DNA of 64,000 nucleotides from an uncultured delta proteobacterium (GCA_963754925.1 CAVWHX010000009.1:96001-160000), one strand, 5' to 3'; positions 20,920 through 35,060 are shown, numbered from the stretch's first letter. The notes: generated from the sequence alone by a model not told the origin. Program-made: numbers and translations.

Positions 20920-21161
20920 GGTTTATTATCTCCCCAGGCTAGACGATTATCGAACCGCGATAATGGAGATGGGGGCGGCGTGAAAAAGGGTTGCCGATAC
21001 CATCCTCCATCCCTTGTTTGTTTTGCTACATCAATCCCTCGAGGGACGACTACTACTTCTTGACCTCGATCAGGGGAATATCCATTACCTTAGCCACGCC
21101 CTCTCCGTAGGCATCGTCCGCCTTGAGTCAGTTGCCGATGTGGCGCAGCTTGTCGCCGCGC

Positions 21162-23443
<2,282 letters not shown>

Positions 23444-23460
23444 TTACTCCTTTCCTTGCT

Positions 23461-23946
23461 TCACGGCTTCTTGAGACTCCCTGTCTCTGATTTCGTGGCT
23501 TGTTCCTTCGAGCAACGATCGCAAACACCGCGCACCTCGATGCGCGCGCCGAGGATACTGCCGAATTCCTTCACCAACACCGGGATGCTAAGTGCGTTGA
23601 GCTCCGCGCTCTCGAAATCGCGCGTGAGGCCACAGCGCACGCATACGTAGTGATGGTGGTGCACGAGGTTGGCGTCGAAGCGCACGCTCTCGCGTCTCGG
23701 CCCCAGCGTCGAGACGAGGCCGAGGTCGTTTAGCAGCCAGAGCGTTCGGTAGACGGTGTCGAGCGAGACCGTGGGCATCCGTGGCTGAACCGCCTTGAGT
23801 ACGGCCTCCGCGCTTGGGTGATCCAGGCTCGCGGCGACTTCGCGAAAGATCTCGAGCCGTTGGTGGGTGAGCTTGACGCCTGCCTGCCTGGCGGCCTCCC
23901 TGAAGTGCTCGACCCGGCGCTCGACCTCGCTCATTTCTACCTTCAT
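23461..23946 (-). CDS. Fur-family regulator (PerR/FurA-like)
   Basis: HPSAE, SLDTVYRTL, HHHYVCVRC, CDRC; directly upstream of katG. Confidence 0.9.
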   Translation of the reverse strand: MKVEMSEVERRVEHFREAARQAGVKLTHQRLEIFREVAASLDHPSAEAVLKAVQPRMPTVSLDTVYRTLWLLNDLGLVSTLGPRRESVRFDANLVHHHHYVCVRCGLTRDFESAELNALSIPVLVKEFGSILGARIEVRGVCDRCSKEQATKSETGSLKKP

Positions 23947-23980
23947 ATCCGCTCCTATCTGCTAGCATTACGCAGGTTGG

Positions 23981-24009
23981 AATCTACTGACATTTAGATC
24001 GGATGTCAA
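23981..24009 (-). promoter_or_regulatory. sigma70 promoter of fur-katG with overlapping inverted repeat
   Basis: TTGACA-17 nt-TAGATT; TGACAT-N9-ATGTCA dyad covers the -35 and spacer. Confidence 0.65.
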
Positions 24010-24059
24010 TACCATAACGTCGAGGCGTTTCAACCAGCTGAAATCGAATGGGAAAATGT

Positions 24060-24086
24060 AAAACGCCCACCTTGGTTGGTGGGCGG
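24060..24086 (-). terminator. Intrinsic terminator after tRNA-Asn
   Basis: CGCCCACC-N6-GGTGGGCG followed by TTTT on the minus strand. Confidence 0.75.
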
Positions 24087-24093
24087 GATAATT

Positions 24094-24169
24094 TGGCTCC
24101 CGAGGAGGGACTCGAACCCCCGGCCCAGTGGTTAACAGCCACTTGCTCTACCGGCTGAGCTACTCGGGA
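24094..24169 (-). tRNA. tRNA-Asn (GTT)
   Basis: TCCCGAG...CTCGGGA acceptor stem, D-arm AGCTCAGCCGGTAGAGC, anticodon loop CTGTTAA, GGTTCGAGTCC T-arm, encoded CCA; 76 nt. Confidence 0.97.
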
Positions 24170-24327
24170 ATAAACTCAAAAGCAAAGGAGGGCGTGATTA
24201 ATCACGTCCCTTACCTCATATGCTCGTAAAAGAACCAAAAGCGACCAAACCAATTACACTTATTCCCCCCGGGTGTCAAGGAAAGACGCCGGCGCCCCCC
24301 ACCCGGCCCCTAAAGGAATAAGTGGCT

Positions 24328-24480
24328 GGAACGCTCGCTTCGCTGAGGAACTCAATCTTATCCCCTTCGGGGATGTAGAAATTCTTACTGAGCAAAGCGA
24401 AGTTAGTATTTCTTATCCCCTTCGGGGATAAGAGCCCGTAAAGCTCGCGTCCCCTGTCGGGAACGCTCGCTAACGGGCTC
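24328..24480. repeat. REP-like multi-hairpin intergenic element
   Basis: TCTTATCCCCTTCGGGGAT twice (24356, 24411); GGAACGCTCGCT twice (24328, 24460); stems CTTCGCT/AGCGAAG and GAGCCCGT/ACGGGCTC. Confidence 0.65.
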
Positions 24481-25613
24481 TTACTGCGCGGCCTTGCGGT
24501 TGATTTTGAAAGCGTAGAGCTTTTGATCGCCTGAGGTGACGTACAACCGGTCGCCGTCCAGAATCGGATCGCTCTCGATCTTATAGTTAGTCCTGAAAGA
24601 CCACACCTGCTGGCAATCGGCTCGATTGATGGCGTAGATCGACCCGTCGCCCTGGCCCGCCCCGAAAATCGCCACATCCTGGTAAAAAACCGGGTAGGAG
24701 ATCACCGGTCCTTTGGCCGTGAAGTGGCACTTTTCTTTTCCGTTAGCGGAATCGAGCGCATAGAGGTTGCCATCGTTGGACCCGATAAAAAGCGTCCCAT
24801 CTATGATGCGGGGAGAGCTGAGCACATTGCCGCCGGTTTTAAACTTCCATTTGACCGTGGCGCCCGTGGCCGCATCAATGGCATAAACCTGATCGTCCTT
24901 CGAACCAAAATAAACCGTGCCTTTTTCGACCCAGGCGGTCGAGGTAATCCCCTCACCGGCTTTAAAAATCCACTTCAGCGAGCCATCCACGACATTGAGG
25001 GCATACATATTGCCGTCGAGGTTGCCGATGTACAGCACGCCTTCGCTGATTACCGGTGCGGCATACGAAAACGAACCGGGCGAAAGCGCCGAGGCGGATG
25101 GCTCATCAGACTTGGCCTCGCCGGTCTTCGCGGCATCGGGGGGAACTGCCATAGCTTCTTCCCGTTATCAGCGGCCAGAGCATAGACGTGGCCGTCGTAG
25201 CTGGTCAGGTAGACGACGCCGTTTTCAACCACCGGATCCGACTTGATCCGGTCGCGGGTGATGTACTTCCATCTGAGCTGCCCGTTGAAATCGAGCGCAT
25301 AGAAGGTCTGATTCGTCGCCCCAAAAAAGATCAGCTTCCCGTCCGTCTGCGGATGCGCAAAGATCCCCGAGCTGGCCGTCTGGAACTGCCAACGAGTGCG
25401 GCCGTTGCGATCGACGGCGTTCATCACGCCTGATTCAGACCCGAAAACAATCAAGTCCTCGACGACGAGCGGCGTGGAGTAGATCGGCGAGCTCGTCCCA
25501 AACTCCCACAATTTTTCAAAATCCGAAGTGCACCCCGCGGCCATGCCCACACCAACAACCAGTAGAAACACCTCTGCAACTTTTAGTAACCTGGAAGACT
25601 GAGTCATTATCAC
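24481..25613 (-). CDS. PQQ-binding-like beta-propeller repeat lipoprotein (BamB-like), frameshift at the G6 run ~25140
   Basis: Lipobox AAGC; repeated SSP/STP...GS.DG.LYALD...G...W.F blades in both ORFs; adding one C to the run fuses them. Confidence 0.85.
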
Positions 25614-25760
25614 TCCCCCTTGAATTCGGGTACAAATAGTTGCAGCCTTTTCAATACCATCGCCCGGTGGAAGTTGTCAATGATAGTTGAGGAATGAATG
25701 CACGACTGGATCGCTTGCTACAATTTCTTAGATGAGGTTGGATGAGCGAGAGGTGCCCCT

Positions 25761-28266
25761 ATGCCCGTTGTAGTCGATCTCAACAAACGCACGATAACCG
25801 GCGCCATTCGCGATTTGACCGAATCGATCCGCGAGGGCGCACGCGGCCTTGGATTGCTCGGCCGCGTTCGGTCGGAGTTGGGCACGCGCATTCACCAGAA
25901 TTACCGCCGGACGCGCGCTCAACACGAAGGATTCTCGAGTGAAGTGGCCGTGGCGCTGCACACCGAGTTCGACGGGTTTCAGGTCGCCCTGCGGGGCCGC
26001 ATTGACGGTTGTATCCGCGGCCCCGACGAGGTCGTGCTTGAAGAAGTAAAGTCGGTGTCGTTGGGCATGCCCGATTTGGTCCGCATGAACGCCGAAAGCT
26101 TTCCGGAATACAGTCTGCAGCTACGACTCTATGCGCTGGCCTACGCTCCCGAACATCCGCAGCAAACGATCCGAACGCGCCTGATCCTCTTCTCGCTCAT
26201 CGATAACGGAAGCCGCGAGATCCTGGTCCCCGTTAATCCAGCCGATACCCGCGCGCAATTGGTGGACCTGCTTCGGCAACGGATTAGCGAAGCGGAGAAA
26301 CAGCGTGAGCGAGCTGCGCGGTTTGCCGACCTCGCCGCAAAACTGAGGTTTCCCTATCCCGCCCTGCGCCCCCATCAGGCGGAATTGATGAACGTCATGG
26401 AGGCGGGCCTCAGCGCGAGCCGCCCGGTGCTGGCCATGGCGCCGACCGGGATCGGTAAGACGGTGAGCGCGTTGTTGACGGGGTTGCGGTATGTTCTCCA
26501 AAAGAATACGCAGCTCGTGTACGTAACCGCCAAGACCACCCAACAGCCCCTGGTGGAGCGCACGTTTGAAGACATCTGCGTAAACGCCGAAATACCGTCC
26601 GGAGCGTTGCGCTGCCTCACCCTGCGTAACAAGGAAAGCATGTGCCCCTCCGGTTCGTTGCTGTGCCACGCGGAGGTGTGCGAGTTTCTCGAAGATTTTC
26701 CGGCGCGCGTCGAGCGATCGCGGGCGATTGAGAAACTGTTGCAGCTTGGCGCGCGGATCGATCCGGATGCCGTCCGGGCGCTCGGCGAAGCGCATCGGTT
26801 GTGCCCCTTTGCCCTGTCGCTGATGCTTATCCCCGAGGTGCAACTCGTTATCTGCGATTACAATTATATGTATGATCCGAGCGTAGCGCTCGCTCAATTC
26901 TCCGATGCAACGACCCTTAAGCCGGCGGTGATCATCGACGAGGCCCATAACCTGTTCGACCGCGCCCGCGGCTACTACTCGCCGTTTCTGGCAAGCCGCG
27001 CACTCGATGAGCTTGATCAACGACTCGTAAGCGGCGAGTTTTTGGGGTGTTCTGACCGTACGGATCAGCTTTCGTTCCGCCCGCTACTTGGCAGCATCAA
27101 CGGCCCGGTTTTGTTCGAACGGCTGCGCGGGTTTGTAGCCCAGCTCAAAGATAGCGTCGCAAAAACCCTGACCGCGGCCGCGACCCTCGAAGGCGGCCTC
27201 GACCACTGCCGGCCGGTCGAGCCCGAGCGCGATCGCTGGCACGACCACGCCGAGCGCGCCGCCGAGTTGCTCCTTGCCTACGCCCTCTACAACCGGACCC
27301 ATGCGCTCGCGTACGCTCAGGATCCGATACTGGATCTCCTTTCCCTGGTGATTCACCTGCGCGACGTGGTATCCGCTGCGGGCAAAGAAATTGTTCCCTA
27401 CGCGGCGTTTGCCGAAGCGCCGCAAAGCGAGGGTTTCCGGCTGCCTGTGCATCAACCCGGCCAAGCGGCTGCTCGAGCGACACCGACAGATGGCCGGCAC
27501 CATCGCCATCAGCGCCACCCTGACACCGTTATCGTATTACGAGGATGTGCTGGGCTTCGCCGCGCTGAATCCGGTCATGGCGTCATTCGCCTCGCCGTTT
27601 CCCCGCGAGAACCTCGGCGTCTGGGTGGTGCCGTCGGTCTCTACCGCCTTTCGCGCACGCGGCCGTCACCGCGAAGCTATCGCGCGAATCATCGAACAAA
27701 CGTACGAAGCCAAACACGGGCGGTACGTCGCCTTTTTTCCGAGTTATCAGTTCTTAACCGAAGTGCATCCGATCTTGAAGATTCCGGCGGAACACGTGCT
27801 GGTGCAGCAACAAGGCCTTACCGGACCGGAGCGAAAGCGGTTGCTTACCGCCTTCCGCGAGAGCTCGGGCCCCGTATTGCTGCTGGCGGTGATGGGCGGG
27901 GTGTACGCCGAAGGGATCGATCTGCCGGGCGCAGAACTCATTGGGGCGGTCGTCATCGGCCCGGGTTTTCCTCAGGTGGGTTTCGAGCGGGCGGTCATGC
28001 GGGATTACTTCGAACGCGAGTACGAGCGCGGTTTTGCGTATGCGATGGTGTACCCGGGAATGCAACGGGTAATCCAATCGGCCGGCCGGGTGATCCGCAC
28101 TCCGGATGACGCCGGGGTGATCGTCTTGGCCGACCGCCGCTTTGCCGATGCGGAGCTTGCCGCCTGCCTTCCGGCGCACTGGTATCGCTACGATCCCAGC
28201 GAGTTGGTCACGGATGATTTACCAAAGGCTTTGGCCGCCTTTTGGGAATCCGTTATTTCCCCATGA
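25761..28266 (+). CDS. DinG/Rad3-family Fe-S helicase with N-terminal PD-(D/E)XK nuclease, frameshift ~27437
   Basis: GRIDG...LEEVKS...QLRLY nuclease; APTGIGKT; four Cys (C..C..C..CPF); DEAH; then SATL, FFPSY, EGIDL and QSAGRVIR in the second frame. Confidence 0.88.
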
Positions 28267-30395
28267 GCACGACGCTGCTGCGAGGACTGGTATGATAGAA
28301 TTCAGCCGGATCAATCAACACCTCTTTGCCAAAATCACAAAAGTCCTCTCCCGGCGCGAGGCTGGTGTCAACCACGCGATGCCACCTTAATCCTTTCGGC
28401 AATGGCGGAAGCTTCACATGACTATGCTGGTAGTCGGCGTTGAGAATAAAAAACAGTCGATAATCGCCGATTTCTGACGGTTCGTCCCGGCCGTCGAGAA
28501 AACAACACAGTGTCCTGGCATTGGGATCGTCCCAGCGGGGCTTCTTCCCATCCGGACCAAACCAAGCAAGATGCGGAGCGTCGCTTGCGTCCTCTCCCGG
28601 GACCCAACTAAATTTGCGCCGATAGAGGATGGTGCAGTGCTTATTAAACTCAATCGCCTTGCGAAAGAACGTATAGATATCGCGATTGCGATCGACCAAG
28701 CTCCAATCAAACCAGGAAATCTCATTGTCCTGGCAATAGGCGTTGTTGTTGCCCTTCTGGGTGCGCAAGAACTCATCCCCGCCCAGGATCATCGGCGTGC
28801 CGAGCGAGAACAACAGGTGGCAGATATAATTTTTTACTAATTTGCGGCGCAACGAGTTGATCTCGGGATCGTCGGTTTTTCCCTCGGCTCCGCAGTTCCA
28901 GGAATTATTGTCATCGCTTCCGTCGCGGTTGTTCTCTTGGTTGGCCTCGTTGTGTTTCTCGTTGTATGAAACCAGGTCGTAGAGGGTAAAGCCGTCATGG
29001 CAGGTGATGAAGTTGATGCTGTTGAAGGCCGAGCGCCCGTCATCGCCGTACAGATCGGCCGAGCCGGTAATCCGCCAGGCGAGCTCGCGCAATTGACCGC
29101 TGTCGCCCTTGCCGAACCGACGGCAAACATCCCGAAAGCGCCCATTCCACTCGGACCAGTCGATCGGAAAGTTGCCGACCTGGTAGGTGGCCAGGTCCCA
29201 GGGCTCGGCGATGAGCTTGATGCGGTTGAGGGCCGGGTCCTGTGAAACGGCGTCAAAAAACGACGCCGAACGATGGAATGACTCTTCGCGCCGCCCGAGC
29301 ACCGAGGCCAGATCAAAACGGAAATCCGTCGACATGCATGACGTCGACCCAGTAGCGCAGCGAGTCCATCACCAGTCGAATGGCCTGCGGATCGTCGCTG
29401 TTCAGACTATTGCCGCAGCCGGTATAGTTCATGCATAACGGCGTCCGGCTCTTCCGTTGTCTCCGATGAGGACGTAGTAGGTCGGGTTGTCGATCCCCCT
29501 GAAAGCAGACCGTCGGCCCCAGCTCGTTGCCCTCGCCGGTATGGTTGTACACCACGTCGAGAATCACCTCAATGCCGGCCTTATGAAGCTCGCGCACCAA
29601 GGTCTTGAACTCGCGCACCTGGCATCCCGGCGCTCGTTGACTGCTATAGGACCATTCGGGGGAGAAGAATCCGATGCTGTTGTATCCCCAGTAATTGGTC
29701 AGCCCGCGCTCGATGATAAAATCCTCGACATAAAATTCGTGCAGCGGCAGAAGCTCCACCGCGTTAATCCCCAGCTCCTTGAGGTGAGGAATCTTCTCGA
29801 TGAATCCGAGGTACGTGCCCGGGTAGCGAACCTTCGACGAGGGATGGGCGGTAAACCCCTTGACGTGAACCTCGTAAATAACAACTTTCTCAAGCGGGAG
29901 GTCGGGCGGCGTATCGCCCTGCCAGTCAAAGGCGTCGTCGATCACCAGGCATTTGGGAACGATCGCGGTGTTGTCGCGCGGCATCCATGGTCAGGTCGGG
30001 TTGCGGCGCCCACGCATCGTAGCCCAGCAGCAGATTGTTCGGTGTTGTCGAAATTTTCCGGTCAGCGCCTTGGCGTAGGGGTCGACGAGCAGCTTGTTCT
30101 CGTTGAAGCGCAAGCCCGCGAGCGGATGGTAATCGCCCCGGACTTTATATGCATACAGCTGTCCGGCCGTGCACCCATGAACGAAAACGTGCCAAATGCG
30201 CCTGCTGTAATTTTCTAACTTGATAATGTCGGTGGGCGGTCGATCGGCCCGGTCAAAAAGCAGCAAAAAAACTTCGCGCGCACGTTGAGAGTGCAGCGCA
30301 AAATTAACCCCGTCGGGCGTCAGCGTGGCGCCTTGCGGGTGAAAGCTCCCCGGCGACAGTTTTCGTTTGGTTTTGTGCTCGAGACGGTACTTCAT
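28253..30395 (-). CDS. glgX: Glycogen debranching enzyme/isoamylase, several frameshifts
   Basis: GVNFALHS, KLLVDPYAKA, IYEVHVKGFT, NYWGYN, DVVYNHT, VDGF/RFDLAS, IAEPWD, ITCHDGFTL and GNNNAYCQDNE spread over several frames. Confidence 0.9.
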
Positions 30396-30426
30396 GACTC
30401 AACTATCCCATCGGCCCCTGAACAGA

Positions 30427-31927
30427 TTACCGTTTTTCCTCGCGTTGGCGAGCCAGTACACTATGATACCGCCCATAAGAAAAGTAAATCCCAAAACCAA
30501 GCAACAGCCAAACCGCCAAACGCAGCCAGTTCTCAGGTGGTAAGGAAAACATCAGCACCAGGCAAAAAATAATCCCGAGAATCGGCACCAGCGGCACAAA
30601 GGGAGCCCGAAACGGTCGTTTGGCGTCAGGATTGGTCTTGCGCATGATCAATACCGCCGCGCAGACTATTACAAACGCGAGCAAGGTGCCGATATTTACG
30701 AGTTCCGCCAGGAACCGGATGGGCAAGAACGCCGCCATGGTTCCAACGAATATTCCGGTGACGATGGATGATTTCCAGGGGGTGCGAAAACGCGGGTGCA
30801 CCGCGCCGAAGAAGCTTTTCGGTAACAATCCGTCGCGTGCTATCGCGAGCAACACCCGCGGCTGGCTGAGCATCAATACCAGCATCACCGACGTGATCCC
30901 GGCCACCGCGCCGAGCGAGACTAAAAACTGCGCCCAGGTCAATCCTACCTGGCGGAACGCATCCGGAAACCGGCGCATTGATGTTGATCTTATTATAAGG
31001 AACCATCCCGGTGAGAACCGCCGCCACGGCGATGTACAGCACCGTGCAAATCAAAAGCGATGCGATCAATCCAATCGGCACGTCGCGCTGGGGCTGGCGG
31101 GCTTCCTCGGCGTGGGTCGAGATCGAATCAAAACCGATGTAGGCGAAGAAAATCATGCCGGCCCCGGCCAGCATGCCGAGCGGCTCGCCTCCAGCGCCCT
31201 CCTGGCCGACAATGGTTTTACCGAAGAAGCTTACCCCGCTCATGCCATAGGGAGCGAACGGGTGCCAGTTGTCCGGGTTAATATAAAAGGCCCCTACCCC
31301 GATCACCATCAGGATTATCACGAGCTTGGTAATCACCATGGCCGTGTTGAAGGTGGCGCTCTCTTTAATGCCCTTGACCAAGATGATGGTTATGATGATG
31401 ACAATGACCAGGGCCGGCAGATCAAACAGCGCATCGGTGGTCTTAAAAACTCCGGCCGCGACATCATAGTCAAACGGCGCTTGCGCAAGGGCTGCCGGCA
31501 CTTGGTAGCCAAAGATGCCGATAAAGTCCTGGAAGTATTTCGACCAACCGTTGGCAACCGTGGCCGAGCTGACTGAATACTCCAGCACCAGATCCCAGCC
31601 GATGATCCAGGCGAACAACTCCCCCAGGGTAGCGTACGCGTACGTGTACACCGAGCCGGCCACCGGCACCATCGAAGCAAACTCGGCATAGCACACGGCG
31701 GCGAAAATGCATGCCACCCCCGCAACGGTAAACGACAACATCAAGGCCGGCCCGGTTTTATCGTGAGCGGTCAACCCAACTAGAACGAAGATCCCGGTGC
31801 CGATGATGGCGCCTACGCCCAGGCTGGTGAGCGTCACCGGACCGAGGACCCGACGCAGGCGGTTTTCGCCCTTCATTTCCTCCAACAACAGCGAAAGCGG
31901 CTTGGTCTTGAAGAGATTGCTTGCCAT
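30427..31927 (-). CDS. APC-family (cationic amino acid-type) permease, frameshift ~30965
   Basis: LGVGAIIGTGIF, FFAYIGFD, RDGLLP, LVNIGTL and RPFRAP across two frames. Confidence 0.9.
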
Positions 31928-32114
31928 GTATGAGCCTCGTCCCTGATATCCGATGCTCGGATTCGTTCATCAACATCGCTTGTCTCCCAAACCGGGCAAC
32001 TCGTCCGAGACGGTATCCGAACGAGGCTATGATGTCAAAGTGTGTTTCCAATATTTTATTAATTTGCAAAATCATTGAATCAGCGTTTCGTTGATTGTAA
32101 ATGTTACGACCTAT

Positions 32115-32355
32115 ATGGATAACAACCCAAAAGAACGACTTCGTTTTTTAGATGCGTTACGGGGGTTAGCTGCGCTATGGATTGCCACCTTTATATCAGT
32201 ATATATATAGTCAGCAAATCGCGGTATCGATAAAATTTCTGGCCATATCCTGCCTAACAATAGCGTCAGTTATCTGCATTTCTTTCATTGTCTATCAGCT
32301 CATTGAGAAACCGGGTATTGCACTCGGTAAAAAAGTCTTGAACTCGATACGTTAA
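32115..32355 (+). pseudogene. Acyltransferase-3 (OafA-like) remnant: only N- and C-termini remain
   Basis: MDNNPKERLRFLDALRGLAALW... followed by ...ISFIVYQLIEKPGIALGKKVLNSIR*. Confidence 0.7.
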
Positions 32356-32687
32356 TTGCTAAAGACTATTGTAGACAACAACGATAACCGACTGTTTCAT
32401 GATTTCCTACTAACAGGAAACTTCAAATACCCCATCGCTCAACGCAGGGTGTCGGTCAACCCGGGCCTCTACCACGAGGTCGGCCTCTCTGATCTCGATG
32501 TCCGCTTTTTGCCTTTGTCATGTTCAGCTTTTATCTGTTGCAGACGCCTTTATTGCGTAACCATAATATTAAGGCTATTGGAATACTCTTAATTGGTATT
32601 GCTCTTGTTCTTTATATAGAATTCATGAATGTAAGACTCTATATTTTTAATCATTACTACATGAGAGGTTTTATTTTGTTGGTCCTT

Positions 32688-33797
32688 TTACAATAATCCG
32701 AGCCAGCGCTTAAATCTAACTTTTCTACCTTGTGCGAAGTAAGGCAATGGAGCTTCTGCCGGTTTCAATGCCGGGGGCGGAAGGGGTTGCGGAATTTCAA
32801 TATATATACGTTCCGGTGAAATTGTCCCTTTGATTCCGTCTTTTACACCGCGGTAAAAAGTGCTTTGCGACTTCATTGTCGGATATATGTTACGGAAGTA
32901 TTCGTTAATAATTCCGCGGTTTGATCTGAAGACCTCTTTCACCATGCCTTTCGTTAGTTTATATAAATTGATGAGTATCCGGATAAGCATTCCGAGGTAC
33001 ACATTGAAATATAGTTTTGCGATCTGATGTTTTTTGCCGTATTTTTTTGCAAAAAGGAATGGATTTCTGCCTAGGAAATATCCGTAGGAAAATATCTTTT
33101 TCTTGTTTTTCAAATTCACACTTGAGCTTCCCTTATGAAGAATGGCCGCCTCATCTACATACACGGTGCGATAGCCCTTTGATTTTGCGCGGTAGCACCA
33201 GTCGACGTCCTCATCAGCCATCCAATAATCTTCATCAAATAGCCCTATCTCTTTAAGAACCGAGGCTCGAATCATACAGCCATTGAAGATGATCCAGTCT
33301 ACATCTTTAGGTGGCTGCTTTTGTTGTTGGTCCGGTTCGAATCTGCCTGCCGTCGTAACCAGCATCGGACTCCACTTGACCTCTCCGTATTTTCCCCAGG
33401 TATAATATGGATTGTCCATCAAAAGGTTTTTTGCGCCGACTATAGCTATCGAGGGGTCATCTTGCATGACTCGCAAAAGGGTGGAAATCGTATCGGGAAA
33501 AACCTTTGTATCTCCGTTGAGCAGCAAAATATAGTCAAAGTTTTTCTGGAGACAATAACGGAATCCAATATTATTGGCTCTACAGAAGCCAAGATCAACA
33601 CCTTCCTCTATTAGGGTAACCCACTTGAAATCACGCCTGACAACTTCTGATGTATTGTCTTCTCCATTGTTTACAACAACAACTTCCAAATTTTCATATT
33701 TGACTTCTTTAAGGCTCTTGAGGCAGTCTACCAGTTCTTCCGCCTGGTTCCACGCGGGAATCTGAACGGCAATTTTTGGAGACTGTTCCTTAGGCAC
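32688..33797 (-). CDS. GT2 glycosyltransferase (rhamnosyltransferase-like)
   Basis: IPAWN, GFCRANN, LLLNGD, GLFDEDYWMADEDVDWCYR. Confidence 0.88.
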   Translation of the reverse strand: MPKEQSPKIAVQIPAWNQAEELVDCLKSLKEVKYENLEVVVVNNGEDNTSEVVRRDFKWVTLIEEGVDLGFCRANNIGFRYCLQKNFDYILLLNGDTKVFPDTISTLLRVMQDDPSIAIVGAKNLLMDNPYYTWGKYGEVKWSPMLVTTAGRFEPDQQQKQPPKDVDWIIFNGCMIRASVLKEIGLFDEDYWMADEDVDWCYRAKSKGYRTVYVDEAAILHKGSSSVNLKNKKKIFSYGYFLGRNPFLFAKKYGKKHQIAKLYFNVYLGMLIRILINLYKLTKGMVKEVFRSNRGIINEYFRNIYPTMKSQSTFYRGVKDGIKGTISPERIYIEIPQPLPPPALKPAEAPLPYFAQGRKVRFKRWLGLL

Positions 33798-34028
33798 GTG
33801 GTGCTCCTTGTCTTCATTATGAATCTTCGACGAATCCGTAACTGATGATAAACGGGTTTAAATAATGTTTCGGCAATATATTGCATTTCTATTGACGATT
33901 GTAAATTTAAATAACGAGCTCTTGGCTCTTGATAATAACGTAAGCCTAATTCTTGTTTTTTCAGTTGCAGTTGCGTTACTGTTGGCGACCGATGGGGTGT
34001 CTCGACTAAGTAAGAGCCCGTAATGCTC

Positions 34029-34650
34029 TGTAATGCCCCCCATTTAGCAAGCCTTTTGTAAGAGAATGTTGTGGCCAGTTTGTTCCTGTTCGAATCGTAC
34101 CGGTGATTGGTATCCAAGACTCGAGTGCAAATAGCTGTTGTTGTATTCATAAAACCAGGAATTCAAGGCTTCAAAGAAAATGCTTGGATTCTTCCACTTA
34201 CGAAGCCATACAAGTTCTTCCTTCAGCGTCCGCATGAATCGTTCGGTATCAGCATTGCCTTTGGGGTTGTTATAACTCGCAAATGATTGTCTGATTTTCA
34301 AAACAGCGCACGCTTCCATAAATCCCACCGAGGTGGGTTGGCAGCCATTGTCAGACATCAGATGCGGTTCATGTCCCCGAACTCCATCAGGGAATTGCCG
34401 ATTGACGGCCTAGTTCAATGCCGCCAGCCAATGCCAGGCCTTCGACTGAACTCCCGCATAATGCCCCGTAACTTTCTTGGAATACCAGTCGATGACTATC
34501 ACCACATAGACCCAACCAAACCCGTCGATCATCCCCTTGGTCATATCAATGCCCCACTATCGGTTGCACCGAACAGGACGCGGTTTGCTGGTATTTGCTC
34601 GCCGCGTTGCTTTCAGCTTCAGGTTGGGCATCACCAGAAGCTCGCGAAGC
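34029..34650 (-). pseudogene. IS3-family OrfB remnant with right end
   Basis: W-GIDMTK...IDWYSKK...SDNGCQP...NPKGNADTERFMRTLKEE with two in-frame TAG; terminal TGTAATGCCCCCC at 34029. Confidence 0.8.
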
Positions 34651-34657
34651 TGCACGT

Positions 34658-34965
34658 TGCGTAATCCGGTCAAATCGATCAGGTATTCCGATCGAATCCG
34701 AACAAGTTTTACAGCTATTCCGATCACCGATTAGCCTCGGTTATTCTCCGCGTCATTGGAGCGAAGCGACGCTCGTTTAAACTATCCTGTTTTCCATTTG
34801 TGAGTCAGCTGGTTTCAACTTAGATAGTGACCGCCGGAGCATACCCGTCACCTTGTTTTTTCTCTCTATAAGGAAGCCCTCGCATGTTCGGCCCCTTCAT
34901 TTTGATTCGGTGATCACGATGCACTACCCGATCCAGGATTGAGTCAGCCAGGGTCTGACGTCCCT
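34658..34965 (-). mobile_element. IS21-family right end with istB C-terminal fragment
   Basis: TGCGTAATCCGGTCAAATCGATCAGGTATTCCGATC with repeated TATTCCGATC; TLADSILDRVVHRDHRIKMKGPNMR. Confidence 0.7.
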
Positions 34966-35006
34966 TATCTATTCGTTCGCTATTACAACGGCTGCTTCCA
35001 ATGCCT

Positions 35007-35060
35007 TGGTGATCGACGTCAACTAGTCTTTCCAGAAAGAATAGTTGACGTCGATCACCA
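35007..35060. repeat. Perfect 19-bp inverted repeat
   Basis: TGGTGATCGACGTCAACTA-N16-TAGTTGACGTCGATCACCA. Confidence 0.9.

Noticed and set aside
20354..20983. 209-aa plus-strand ORF
   Set aside because: Overlaps a more plausible minus-strand membrane protein and runs through a terminator-like hairpin.
34300..34570. TAG read-through or recoding in the transposase fragment
   Set aside because: Best explained as TGG/CAG-to-TAG nonsense mutations in a truncated IS; other genes use TAG as stop.
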